Shown here: positions 56,242 through 64,000 of the stretch, piece after piece
Position numbering within the stretch: position 1 is the first letter of the stretch
Layout of the letters: each line of letters begins with the position of its first letter
Source: Minisyncoccia bacterium
GTDB lineage: Bacteria; Patescibacteriota; Minisyncoccia; Phycocordibacterales; UBA9973
Length of the DNA: 64,000 nt
Reading direction: 5' to 3'
NCBI GenBank assembly: GCA_038323465.1
Contig: JBBQGX010000001.1
Span: 10,980 to 74,979 of the forward strand
Program-made: the position numbers and the translations under genes
Notes under the pieces: generated by a model
Database searches by the model: none
Seen by the model: only the letters and a program-made list of their open reading frames with translations
Told to the model about the DNA's origin: nothing

Positions 56242-57951
56242 TTATCTATCAGGTGGAACGTTGTAATAATTTAGTAGAAATTTTGTGATTTCGACAAATG
56301 GTGGAATAAGTGTTTGAGATGCATATTTTACATTCTTAGGATTTTTCAAGAAGAGAAAAACAATAAACTGTGGATCATAAGCCGGAAAATATCCAAAAAA
56401 TGAGTGTGTATGGCGATCAGTATAATAACCTTTGCCGTTCTCCATAGCAACCTGAGCTGTCCCTGTCTTTGAAGCAATACTATAATGTTCCATTTTATGA
56501 TTTCCATTATCATAAGCTTCAAATACGTGGACAAGCATCCGAGAAATTGTTTCTGAGGTCTCTTTCTTTATTATACCAGAACTTGAGACAGGATACTCTA
56601 ATATTTTAAAAGAACCATCTTTATATCTAATTTGTTTGGTTAAATGAGGGATTACTAAATCTCCACCATTAGCAATTAAAGAAAAAGCTCTCACTGCCTC
56701 AATTGGAGTTAAAGCAATACCTTGACCAAAAGAAGCATTAGCATACTCAATATCGCGCGGACTCTGTAGGTTACTTATCAAACCAGATGTTTCATTTGGT
56801 AAATCTATCCCAGTTTTTTCTCCTATACCATATGACTTCATGTATGTACGAAATTTGTCATGACCTAATTTGCTCTCCACAAAAACCATCCCAGTATTTA
56901 AAGACTGATCAAGGACTGTTTGCATTGGGACTGTTCCTCTCCCCTTTTTATCGAAGTTATAAATATCTTTCTTATTAACAGTCACGAAACCTTTATCAAA
57001 ATAAGTAGTTAGAGGTGTGACAACTCCAGTATCTAGTGCCGCTGACATAACAAGAGGTTTTATCACAGAACCAAACTCTAAAACATCTTCAACTATTATA
57101 TTGCGATAAACATTAGTTTTTTTTACATCCCCAAATTTATTTAGATCAAAAGAAGGCATGCTAGCGATAGCATATATTTCTCCTGTCTGAGGATTCATAA
57201 TGATACCTCCTGCAGAATCTGCATTCCAATTATTAAATGTTGTTCCAAGTACATCTTCGAGAGTATGCTGAGTTGATGGTTCTATTGTTGTAACTATATC
57301 TCCTTGTTTTTCAGTATTAATAACTGATTCTTTTATGTTTGAAAATACTTCCGCAAAAAAATTTACATAGGCCTCATCTTTTGGTTTAGATAAAATATTA
57401 TTATAAAATCTCTCAAGTCCATATTGACCTATTTTGTCATCACCCTTATAAGCCAAAAAACCGAGAGTCTGCGAAGCCAATTCTCCTCCAGGATAGAATC
57501 TCCAATTATCTTTAAAAATAGAGACCCCAGAAATTTTTAAATTATCAATTTCACCAACTTGTTCTTTTGTTAAGTGATATGCGATTTCTTCATAGGGATC
57601 ACTTATTCTATTGGCCTTAGTGATAAAAGTATCATGATCCATTTCCATATAAGGAGATAAAGCTTTGTATGTAGCTTCTTTATCTTTAATATCCTTAGCT
57701 CTTATAGCTATCTTGAACCCAGAAGAAACAGTTGCAGCTGCTACAAGTGATCCATCTTTTTTTGAGAAAAATATTGAACCTCGATCGAAAATATTACTAG
57801 CAGGAGTAGCGTATTGCCTATCTGCTTTTTCAGAATATAGATTTTGGTGAATTATTTGTACAAAAAATAATTTCGATATTAAAATAATAGCAAAAATAAA
57901 AATAAAAGCAGAAACAATCATTATTCGTGAATGAAACGATGATAAATTCAT
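56242..57951 (-). CDS. ftsI: Class B penicillin-binding protein (FtsI-type transpeptidase)
   Basis: N-terminal TM anchor and a dimerisation domain. Transpeptidase motifs SVIKP (SxxK), SLN (SxN) and KTGTA. Confidence 0.85.
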   Translation of the reverse strand: MNLSSFHSRIMIVSAFIFIFAIILISKLFFVQIIHQNLYSEKADRQYATPASNIFDRGSIFFSKKDGSLVAAATVSSGFKIAIRAKDIKDKEATYKALSPYMEMDHDTFITKANRISDPYEEIAYHLTKEQVGEIDNLKISGVSIFKDNWRFYPGGELASQTLGFLAYKGDDKIGQYGLERFYNNILSKPKDEAYVNFFAEVFSNIKESVINTEKQGDIVTTIEPSTQHTLEDVLGTTFNNWNADSAGGIIMNPQTGEIYAIASMPSFDLNKFGDVKKTNVYRNIIVEDVLEFGSVIKPLVMSAALDTGVVTPLTTYFDKGFVTVNKKDIYNFDKKGRGTVPMQTVLDQSLNTGMVFVESKLGHDKFRTYMKSYGIGEKTGIDLPNETSGLISNLQSPRDIEYANASFGQGIALTPIEAVRAFSLIANGGDLVIPHLTKQIRYKDGSFKILEYPVSSSGIIKKETSETISRMLVHVFEAYDNGNHKMEHYSIASKTGTAQVAMENGKGYYTDRHTHSFFGYFPAYDPQFIVFLFLKNPKNVKYASQTLIPPFVEITKFLLNYYNVPPDR

Positions 57952-58274
57952 TATCTAATAGCTACATGAGTAATAGAACGAGTAGCAAAAATATTTGAAT
58001 GAGTCTCTATGTACCCAAGCGACAAAGCTCGTGATTTATTTATTTCATTCATATTGTTTAAGTAATTTAACTCTAATTGGCTGATATTACTACCTAAGAT
58101 AACTGCTGTATTTTCAAGAGATTTACGAGCAACCACATTAAAAGTGATAGAACCAATCATATATACATAAAAAATTGAAAGAAATACCAAAGAACCAATA
58201 AGTACGCGGAATATTACTTTTTGCGTGTAAGTATTCCCTACTATTTCTTTTGTTATTATTTTTGTTTTACTCAT
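57951..58274 (-). CDS. Small bitopic cell-division protein, FtsL-like
   Basis: 107 aa with a single TM helix and a periplasmic helical segment. Its position between rsmH and ftsI is where ftsL sits. Confidence 0.5.
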   Translation of the reverse strand: MSKTKIITKEIVGNTYTQKVIFRVLIGSLVFLSIFYVYMIGSITFNVVARKSLENTAVILGSNISQLELNYLNNMNEINKSRALSLGYIETHSNIFATRSITHVAIR

Positions 58275-58284
58275 ATTTTTATAT

Positions 58285-59178
58285 TTATATTTTTTTAATT
58301 AATCTTAATTTTGAACTACGTGCCCGAGGATTTATTTTCAGCTCTTCATATTTTGGAATTATCGGTTTTTTTGTTAATATTTCTCCTTTTCCTTTTTGCT
58401 TCAAATCAACATAAGCTCTCTTTACTATTCTATCTTCTAAACTATGAAATGATATTATTGACATCCTTCCATCTGTCTTTAGACAATTAAAACCTTTTTC
58501 TATCACCTGTTCTAAGTTCGAAAGCTCACTATTTGTCGCAATGCGTAAAGCTTGAAAGGTTCTTGTTGCTGGATGAATTTTCATACCTCTATAATTCCTT
58601 CCAACAGCTTCGTCTATGATTTTTACTAAATCAAAAGTTGTCTCTATTTCTTTCTCTTTTCGTGCTTCAACAATCTTTTTTGCAATTCTTCTTGAGTATT
58701 TCTCTTCTCCAAAACCATAAATGATATCTGCAATACTTTCTTCCCCCCAAATGTTTACAATATCCTTTGCTGTCAAATCTTCATCTGTAGGTTCTTTCTT
58801 CATAGTCATAAGCAAGGGTTCGTCTTTCAAGAAAGAGAAACCTCTACCTGCAACTTCTAATTGAAATGAACTAATACCCAAATCAAGCAATATACCATCA
58901 ACTTCCTTAATCCCAAGATCTTTTAGAACTTTATCAATATCTTGAAATCCAGAATTCACAAAAACAAAATCATTCGGAGTGTCTTTTATTAGATCTTCTG
59001 TTCTAGACTTTGCATCAAAATCTAAATCAAGTCCGATAATCTTTATACTTGAACCAAAACGCTTTATCATCTCATAAGTGTGCCCACCACCACCTAAAGT
59101 ACCATCCACTATGATGTCTCCTTTCTTTATAGCAAGACCATCTATAGATTCATTTTTTAAAACAGGAATATGTGTCAT
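58285..59178 (-). CDS. rsmH: 16S rRNA (cytosine1402-N4)-methyltransferase RsmH (MraW)
   Basis: HIPVL start. SAM motif DGTLGGGGH. Length 297 aa, directly downstream of mraZ. Confidence 0.9.
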   Translation of the reverse strand: MTHIPVLKNESIDGLAIKKGDIIVDGTLGGGGHTYEMIKRFGSSIKIIGLDLDFDAKSRTEDLIKDTPNDFVFVNSGFQDIDKVLKDLGIKEVDGILLDLGISSFQLEVAGRGFSFLKDEPLLMTMKKEPTDEDLTAKDIVNIWGEESIADIIYGFGEEKYSRRIAKKIVEARKEKEIETTFDLVKIIDEAVGRNYRGMKIHPATRTFQALRIATNSELSNLEQVIEKGFNCLKTDGRMSIISFHSLEDRIVKRAYVDLKQKGKGEILTKKPIIPKYEELKINPRARSSKLRLIKKI

Positions 59179-59179
59179 A

Positions 59180-59614
59180 TTAAAGAACTCCTATCTGCCC
59201 TAATTTATCTGCGAGAGCATCAGCCTGTGTTTCTACTAACTTCTTGTAATCATTCCAAGCCTTTTCATTCCATATTTCTGCACGATTCTGTACTCCGATA
59301 ACTACTACTTTGTTCGTAAGACTTGATCTATTTTTTAAATTTTCCGGAATTAGTATTCGTCCATTGGCATCCACATCAACTATGGCTGCTTGACCAAACA
59401 TAAATCTCGAGAAACTTCTATTGTCTGACGCCAACATTGAGGAATCTGATAATTTCTCTGATACTTTTTGCCACTCTTTAGTGGTGAAAATTGAAAGACA
59501 ATTATCGAGCCCTGGAGCAACAACAATACTCTTCCCCATCTCCTTTCGGAATTTAACGGGTAATGACATTCTATTCTTTTCATCTAGTGTATGTGTGTAT
59601 TCTCCAATAAGCAT
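59180..59614 (-). CDS. mraZ: Transcriptional regulator MraZ
   Basis: The first duplicated MraZ/SpoVT-AbrB motif is DEKNRMSLPVKFRKEM. Length 144 aa, first gene of the dcw cluster. Confidence 0.9.
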   Translation of the reverse strand: MLIGEYTHTLDEKNRMSLPVKFRKEMGKSIVVAPGLDNCLSIFTTKEWQKVSEKLSDSSMLASDNRSFSRFMFGQAAIVDVDANGRILIPENLKNRSSLTNKVVVIGVQNRAEIWNEKAWNDYKKLVETQADALADKLGQIGVL

Positions 59615-59647
59615 AATAATATTATGAAATATAGTTATTATTCTGAA

Positions 59648-59715
59648 ATCCCACTATATCCCACTTAAATATATTATACACCACTTCATCCCACAATACA
59701 AACAAGCTATCCCAC
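59648..59715 (-). promoter_or_regulatory. Four direct GTGGGAT(A) repeats (plus-strand ATCCCAC) upstream of mraZ, candidate MraZ boxes
   Basis: Copies start at 59648, 59658, 59688 and 59709, spaced 10, 30 and 21 bp apart. MraZ proteins are known to bind phased GTGGG-type direct repeats in their own promoter. A TATAAT-like -10 lies between the repeats. Confidence 0.5.
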
Positions 59716-59981
59716 TCAAAACTGTGCATAACTTATAAAAATATGATTAATAAAATATCCTTATTTAGTAAGGTTAAATTAATTTCTATAATAATTATTT
59801 AGACTAGAGTAATAAAAGTTTTTGTTCTTTATCATATATTGATAATAAAAAAGCAATAATTGTTGCATAGGAATAAATAATACTAATTGGGAATAAGTAA
59901 ACTTTCCTGATACGGATCTAGTGTTATGAGCCTCGAACAATAGGTGTAATTTTATAAGGGTTTCCTTTGCAAAAAAGAACA

Positions 59982-60021
59982 AAAGCCGTACTCATCAATT
60001 CAATTGATCGAGTACGGCTTT
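59982..60021 (-). terminator. Intrinsic terminator downstream of lysS
   Basis: 12-bp stem aaagccgtactc/gagtacggcttt enclosing a palindromic loop, followed by ttgttctttttt on the minus strand. Confidence 0.5.
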
Positions 60022-60046
60022 AATTTTTATATAATCTAAAAATATA

Positions 60047-61552
60047 TTATTCCTTAGGTCTCATTGTAGGAAAGAATACAACATCACGAAGATTTTTCTG
60101 CTCTGTGAATATCGCTACTATCCTATCTATCCCCATACCAAAGCCTGTCATAGGTGGCATTCCGTGCTCCATAGCTGTCAAAAATCCCTCATTTACATCC
60201 ATGGCTTCATCGTCTCCTTTCTCTTTTGCATTTGCCTGAGCTTCAAGTAGACTTCTCTGTATCAAAGGATTCACAAGCTCGGCATACTGATTTGTTATCT
60301 CTGCTCCAGCGATAATAAGCTGACAGACCTTCGCTGTACCATTCTCATTCTGTTGAGCTAAAGGTTTTAAATCTCCAGGAAAGTCTGTAACAAATGTCGG
60401 ATTGATTATTTTACCTCTTGAAGATTTCTTATATATTTTATCTAGTAAATTACCGCGTCCAAGTTTCATCACTTCTTCTTCTTTAACTCCCCATTTCAAA
60501 GCTTCTTTCTGTGCTTCTTCGGTAGTTATAGTTTCGATATCTATATCTGCATCTTTCTTTAATAATTCTCCAAATGCAACACGAGGCCACTCTAGACTTA
60601 TATCTACATCTACTTCATTACCTTCATTGTCGTAAACTTTGTAAATATTTTTACCTACAACATTAATAGCGATAGACTTTATAAGCTCCTCTGTCCATTT
60701 CATATTCGTTTCTAGACTTTGATACGCTGCATACCACTCTATCATTGTGAATTCTTGTAAATGTGTAGGGTCCGAACCTTCATTTCTAAAGTTTTTACCT
60801 ATTTCGTAAACTCTCTCATACCCACCAACCATAAGCATTTTATGCTCAAGTTCTAAGGATATACGAAGAACCATATCCATATCATAATCATTATGATGAG
60901 TGTTGAATGTTTTAGCCATAGCTCCACCTGCTTGATTCTGTAAAATTGGAGTCTCTATCTCTAGGAAATCCTTTTTATCAAAAAATTCTCTAACAAATTT
61001 AATGATCTTAGATCTAACGATGAAGCGGTCATATACTTCCTTATCCATAAGTATATCTAAATATCTTTTACGATAAGTCTCTTCCAAATCTTGAAGTCCA
61101 TGCCATTTATCAGGAAGAGGTAAAAGTGCCTTAGTAGCCATGTACCAATCTTTTATCAAAATACTTTGCTCCCCACGTTGAGTTATAAATAGTGAACCTG
61201 TAACAGAAATGAAATCTCCATTGTCAACAGTATCAACAAATAGATTAAATAATTCTTCTTTTAATTCATCTTTTTTTAATACAGCTTGAAAACGGTCAGC
61301 TCCATCTAAAAGTACGATGAAAAGTATTGCCCCTTGTCCACGTACAACCATTACTCTCCCTGCGATAGAAACATTCTCTGTTTCAGATCCGACAGCAAGA
61401 GTTTCAAAGGAGTCTTTGATTTTTTTAATGGAATAATCGCGAGGGATAGAAACAGGATACGGATTCATACCTGCTTCTTTTAGTTTATTAATTTTGTTTA
61501 ATCGCGCTGTACGCAATTCTTCTATTGATGCCATTTCCTTATTGTATATCAA
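60047..61552 (-). CDS. lysS: Lysyl-tRNA synthetase, class II
   Basis: N-terminal OB domain. Class II motifs and the LysRS-specific region (RKRYLDIL..., FRNEGSDPTHLQEFTMIEWY, GGAGI-like C-terminal GFGMGIDR). Confidence 0.9.
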   Translation of the reverse strand: MIYNKEMASIEELRTARLNKINKLKEAGMNPYPVSIPRDYSIKKIKDSFETLAVGSETENVSIAGRVMVVRGQGAILFIVLLDGADRFQAVLKKDELKEELFNLFVDTVDNGDFISVTGSLFITQRGEQSILIKDWYMATKALLPLPDKWHGLQDLEETYRKRYLDILMDKEVYDRFIVRSKIIKFVREFFDKKDFLEIETPILQNQAGGAMAKTFNTHHNDYDMDMVLRISLELEHKMLMVGGYERVYEIGKNFRNEGSDPTHLQEFTMIEWYAAYQSLETNMKWTEELIKSIAINVVGKNIYKVYDNEGNEVDVDISLEWPRVAFGELLKKDADIDIETITTEEAQKEALKWGVKEEEVMKLGRGNLLDKIYKKSSRGKIINPTFVTDFPGDLKPLAQQNENGTAKVCQLIIAGAEITNQYAELVNPLIQRSLLEAQANAKEKGDDEAMDVNEGFLTAMEHGMPPMTGFGMGIDRIVAIFTEQKNLRDVVFFPTMRPKE

Positions 61553-62003
61553 TAAGGGTGTACTTGACTAGCCCCTTGGGAGTTTTAATAGAAACAATAT
61601 CATCTTTTTTCTTACCAAAAAGAGCTCCACCTAAGGGAGATTTATTTGAAATTTTATTGTGAATCATGTCAGCTTCTTCAGCTCCAACAATATTGTAAAT
61701 TATCGTTTCTTTTACTCCATCTTTTTTAACAACAACAGTTGTTCCAATTTCAACTTTTGAACTTTTATGTTTCTTAACAACAATAGCAGATTGAAGCATG
61801 TGCTCAATTTGATTTATGCGATCTTCTGTTTTTCCTTGATCTTCGCGAGCTTGATGATATTCAGCATTCTCTGATAAGTCACCGAGTGCTTTCGCAGACT
61901 CAAGAGATTCTAATATCTCTTTTCTTTTAATGGTTTTTAATGTTTTAAGCTCACCCATTAATACCTGTTTTTTCTCTTCTGTTATATAATTTATTTCTTC
62001 CAT
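61539..62003 (-). CDS. greA: Transcription elongation factor GreA
   Basis: N-terminal coiled coil with acidic tip residues (GDLSENAEY). C-terminal FKBP-like domain. Length 154 aa. Confidence 0.9.
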   Translation of the reverse strand: MEEINYITEEKKQVLMGELKTLKTIKRKEILESLESAKALGDLSENAEYHQAREDQGKTEDRINQIEHMLQSAIVVKKHKSSKVEIGTTVVVKKDGVKETIIYNIVGAEEADMIHNKISNKSPLGGALFGKKKDDIVSIKTPKGLVKYTLIDIQ

Positions 62004-62054
62004 AGTTGGAGAATTGTAGCAGTTATTGATAAATAAGTCAAAGAAATAGAGAAA

Positions 62055-63752
62055 TTATTTAAAGTATTCTGGGGTATAAACACTCATATAATCAATGACT
62101 TCACTCATAACTCGAGTGGCATTACCTGAGGCCGCTTTTGGACCACGTTCCATTAAAACAGCAAAAGAATATTTAGGATTATCATATGGGAAGAAACCAA
62201 CAATCCAAGAGTTTGTATTTGTATTCCCTAAGCCGACCTGAGCCGTTCCTGACTTTGCTGCTACTTTGACAGTAGGTAGGTTTAGTGCTGTAGCAGTACC
62301 TTCTGTTACAGCCATTCGCATACCTTCTTTTATAACTTTCATTTTGTCTTTATCAATTGGAATAACTACTTTTTTGTCCTCATATATTTTATCTGATAAC
62401 CTCAAGTGAGGTGTCGGAATTATGCCATCAGTAGCAATACCAGCGACTGCTCTAGCTACCGATAATGGAGTAACCTGAAAACCGTATTGACCAATAGATG
62501 TATTATAAGTATCTCCAACTCTCCATGCATCACCTTTAAATTTTTTTAATTTCCATTCTGGGGTAGGAATAATTCCAGATTTCTCTGCTCCAACATCAAT
62601 TCCAGATTTTTGAGCAATACCAAACATTTGAGAATATTTATCAATATTTAATATTCCTAAACCTTTTTGATTTTCATACCCTCCTCCGATTTCATAAAAA
62701 TAAACGTCTGAAGAGATTGCGATAGCTTTTCTCATGTCAATATTTCCAAATGATCCATGGTCTTTAAATATGGATTTATTTTCGGGGAAATATGGATTTG
62801 GGATAGAGATAGAACCATTTGAAAGTATTAGTTTTGAAGGACTAATAACATTCTCAGCAAGCGCAGCATAAGCAAAAAAAGGTTTAACAATAGAACCCGG
62901 AGTATACAATCCTGATATAGGGCGACTAAGAAATACTTTTCTTTTGTCTGAAAAATAACTATTTATAGTTTTTTTGTCATCACCTTGAGATAAAATGTTT
63001 GAATCATACTCAGGATAACTAACCATAGCAAGTATTTCTCCTGTCTTAATTTCCATTAAAACCCCAGCTCCTCCTGAAAAAGAAGCATTGTTTGCCATCG
63101 AAAGGATGGAGTCATACATTCTTTTTTGTATTTTACTATCTATAGAAAGTTTAATATTTGTTCCAGAAACTGGTGGTGTCACAATATTTTCAGATTGAAT
63201 TGTACCCTTCACATCAGTCTCAGTTATTCGAACCCCATTTTTACCATTCAAAATAGAATCATATGATTTTTCTATTCCGTCTTTTCCTATAAATGAATCT
63301 TGCCAATAGTTCCCAGAGGAATCTTTAGAAGGTGATGAAACATAACCAAGTAAGAGGCTAAAACCATTGTCTTTTATATATAACCTTATTGGTGAGGAAA
63401 ATTTATTTAAATCTTCTTTGTTCCAAGAATTCCAAACTAAAAGGACTTCATTTCTATCATAAACGAGACCACGGTCAGCAAATATAGGTTTTTTCATTAA
63501 TGTATTATTTTCACTCTTTTTAAAATAAGCCTCACCTTTTATTATCTGGAGACTCCCTAATTTATAAATAAAAATTAAAGAGCAGAATATAAAGAACATA
63601 CCAAGGGTAAAAATTGATCTCTTTGGAATTGTCCTCTCTAGTCGCCCCTCAAATTGCTGAGTGTTAAACTCAGGCAAATTTTTTGAATCTAGGAATATCT
63701 CATCTGGGGCAATATCTCTTTTTATTTGATTATTATTTATGTGGAAAGACAT
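62055..63752 (-). CDS. mrdA: Class B penicillin-binding protein 2 (elongasome transpeptidase)
   Basis: TM anchor and a pedestal domain. Transpeptidase motifs SIVKP and KSGTA. Located downstream of an mreD-like gene. Confidence 0.8.
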   Translation of the reverse strand: MSFHINNNQIKRDIAPDEIFLDSKNLPEFNTQQFEGRLERTIPKRSIFTLGMFFIFCSLIFIYKLGSLQIIKGEAYFKKSENNTLMKKPIFADRGLVYDRNEVLLVWNSWNKEDLNKFSSPIRLYIKDNGFSLLLGYVSSPSKDSSGNYWQDSFIGKDGIEKSYDSILNGKNGVRITETDVKGTIQSENIVTPPVSGTNIKLSIDSKIQKRMYDSILSMANNASFSGGAGVLMEIKTGEILAMVSYPEYDSNILSQGDDKKTINSYFSDKRKVFLSRPISGLYTPGSIVKPFFAYAALAENVISPSKLILSNGSISIPNPYFPENKSIFKDHGSFGNIDMRKAIAISSDVYFYEIGGGYENQKGLGILNIDKYSQMFGIAQKSGIDVGAEKSGIIPTPEWKLKKFKGDAWRVGDTYNTSIGQYGFQVTPLSVARAVAGIATDGIIPTPHLRLSDKIYEDKKVVIPIDKDKMKVIKEGMRMAVTEGTATALNLPTVKVAAKSGTAQVGLGNTNTNSWIVGFFPYDNPKYSFAVLMERGPKAASGNATRVMSEVIDYMSVYTPEYFK

Positions 63753-63984
63753 TGTTGTTTTTATATAATATTATTCGATCTTTTAAAGATTGAATTAATA
63801 AATAAAATACTCCTATTGATAAATAAAACAAGGTTGAGGAACTAATTATTGATAAATTTGGAACTGTTGATAAAATAAATATTATAATACCTGTAGCCAG
63901 AAACTCATAAAAATTCATAAAAACAAATAGCCCAACCATAGCCAAGATCGCAGTGTACCACCAAGGCAAAAGGAATATCGACAA
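63733..63984 (-). CDS. Small polytopic membrane protein, possibly MreD (gene may extend beyond the window edge)
   Basis: Hydrophobic 83-aa ORF directly upstream of the PBP2 gene. MreD normally occupies this position but sequence similarity is weak. Confidence 0.3.
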   Translation of the reverse strand: MSIFLLPWWYTAILAMVGLFVFMNFYEFLATGIIIFILSTVPNLSIISSSTLFYLSIGVFYLLIQSLKDRIILYKNNNVFPHK

Positions 63985-64000
63985 AAACAGTAATATATCA

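Noticed and set aside
59779-59982. 67-aa ORF in the mraZ-lysS intergenic region
   Set aside because: It is an AT-rich low-complexity translation (runs of Y/N/F/L) with no ribosome-binding site context. The region is better explained as the mraZ promoter and lysS terminator spacer.
1-64000. CRISPR arrays, rRNA genes, CIRCE/HAIR/CtsR operators, and alternative genetic code (UGA recoding)
   Set aside because: No regularly spaced short repeats are present. No rRNA-like GC-rich blocks are present. A search by eye for TTAGCACTC-N9-GAGTGCTAA and CTTGAGT-N7-ACTCAAG found nothing. All long ORFs are intact under the standard code.

Overview
This is a 64-kb AT-rich, tightly packed, mostly minus-strand window from a small-genome bacterium. 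The gene content is housekeeping plus peptidoglycan synthesis. The rpsM-rpsK-rpsD-rpoA-rplQ operon order, the compact AspRS lacking the GAD insertion, the short AlaRS, the lone gatB and the many lineage-specific hypotheticals suggest a Patescibacteria/CPR-like or similarly reduced lineage. That lineage assignment is an inference. The standard genetic code fits every long ORF.

Identifiable genes are: gap, gatB, tRNA-Leu(UAA), an M23 peptidase with a coiled coil, gltX, murG, ftsW, mraY, scpB, scpA, aspS, trpS, dnaB (+), recR (+), rplU, cysS (+), a multi-TM histidine kinase, a polyamine operon (PLP decarboxylase, DHS-like, aguB, aguA), the dnaK-dnaJ-grpE region, rpsI-rplM, the alpha operon (infA, rpmJ, rpsM, rpsK, rpsD, rpoA, rplQ), alaS, mgtC, mnmA, an RlmI-like methyltransferase, mltG, typA/bipA, the second half of the dcw cluster (mraZ, rsmH, ftsL-like, ftsI, murF), lysS, greA, mrdA and a partial mreD-like gene.

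The signals most worth a second look are:
- (1) A 30-bp perfect palindrome sits exactly between, and overlaps the -35 boxes of, the divergent dnaK promoter and the promoter of a PaaX-like winged-helix regulator. That regulator is inserted between grpE and dnaK where hrcA would normally sit, and no CIRCE element is seen. This is a candidate undescribed heat-shock operator/repressor pair.
- (2) A co-directional four-enzyme module (ThiF/E1-like, Leu/Phe-dehydrogenase-like, PaaK/CapK-like adenylating enzyme, tandem nitroreductase-like) runs between the agmatine-route polyamine/DHS-like genes and an orphan sensor kinase.
- (3) GC-rich structured leader elements sharing CCCCAGAGG and CGACAGC motifs lie upstream of both dnaK and dnaJ.
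- (4) A protein fuses a sigma-70 region-4 HTH to a C-terminal HARE-HTH.
- (5) A compositionally distinct 447-aa membrane-anchored protein has no recognisable family.
- (6) GTGGGAT direct repeats with about 10-bp phasing upstream of mraZ look like MraZ boxes.
- (7) A 19-nt duplication of the tRNA-Leu 3' end lies 146 bp away from the gene.
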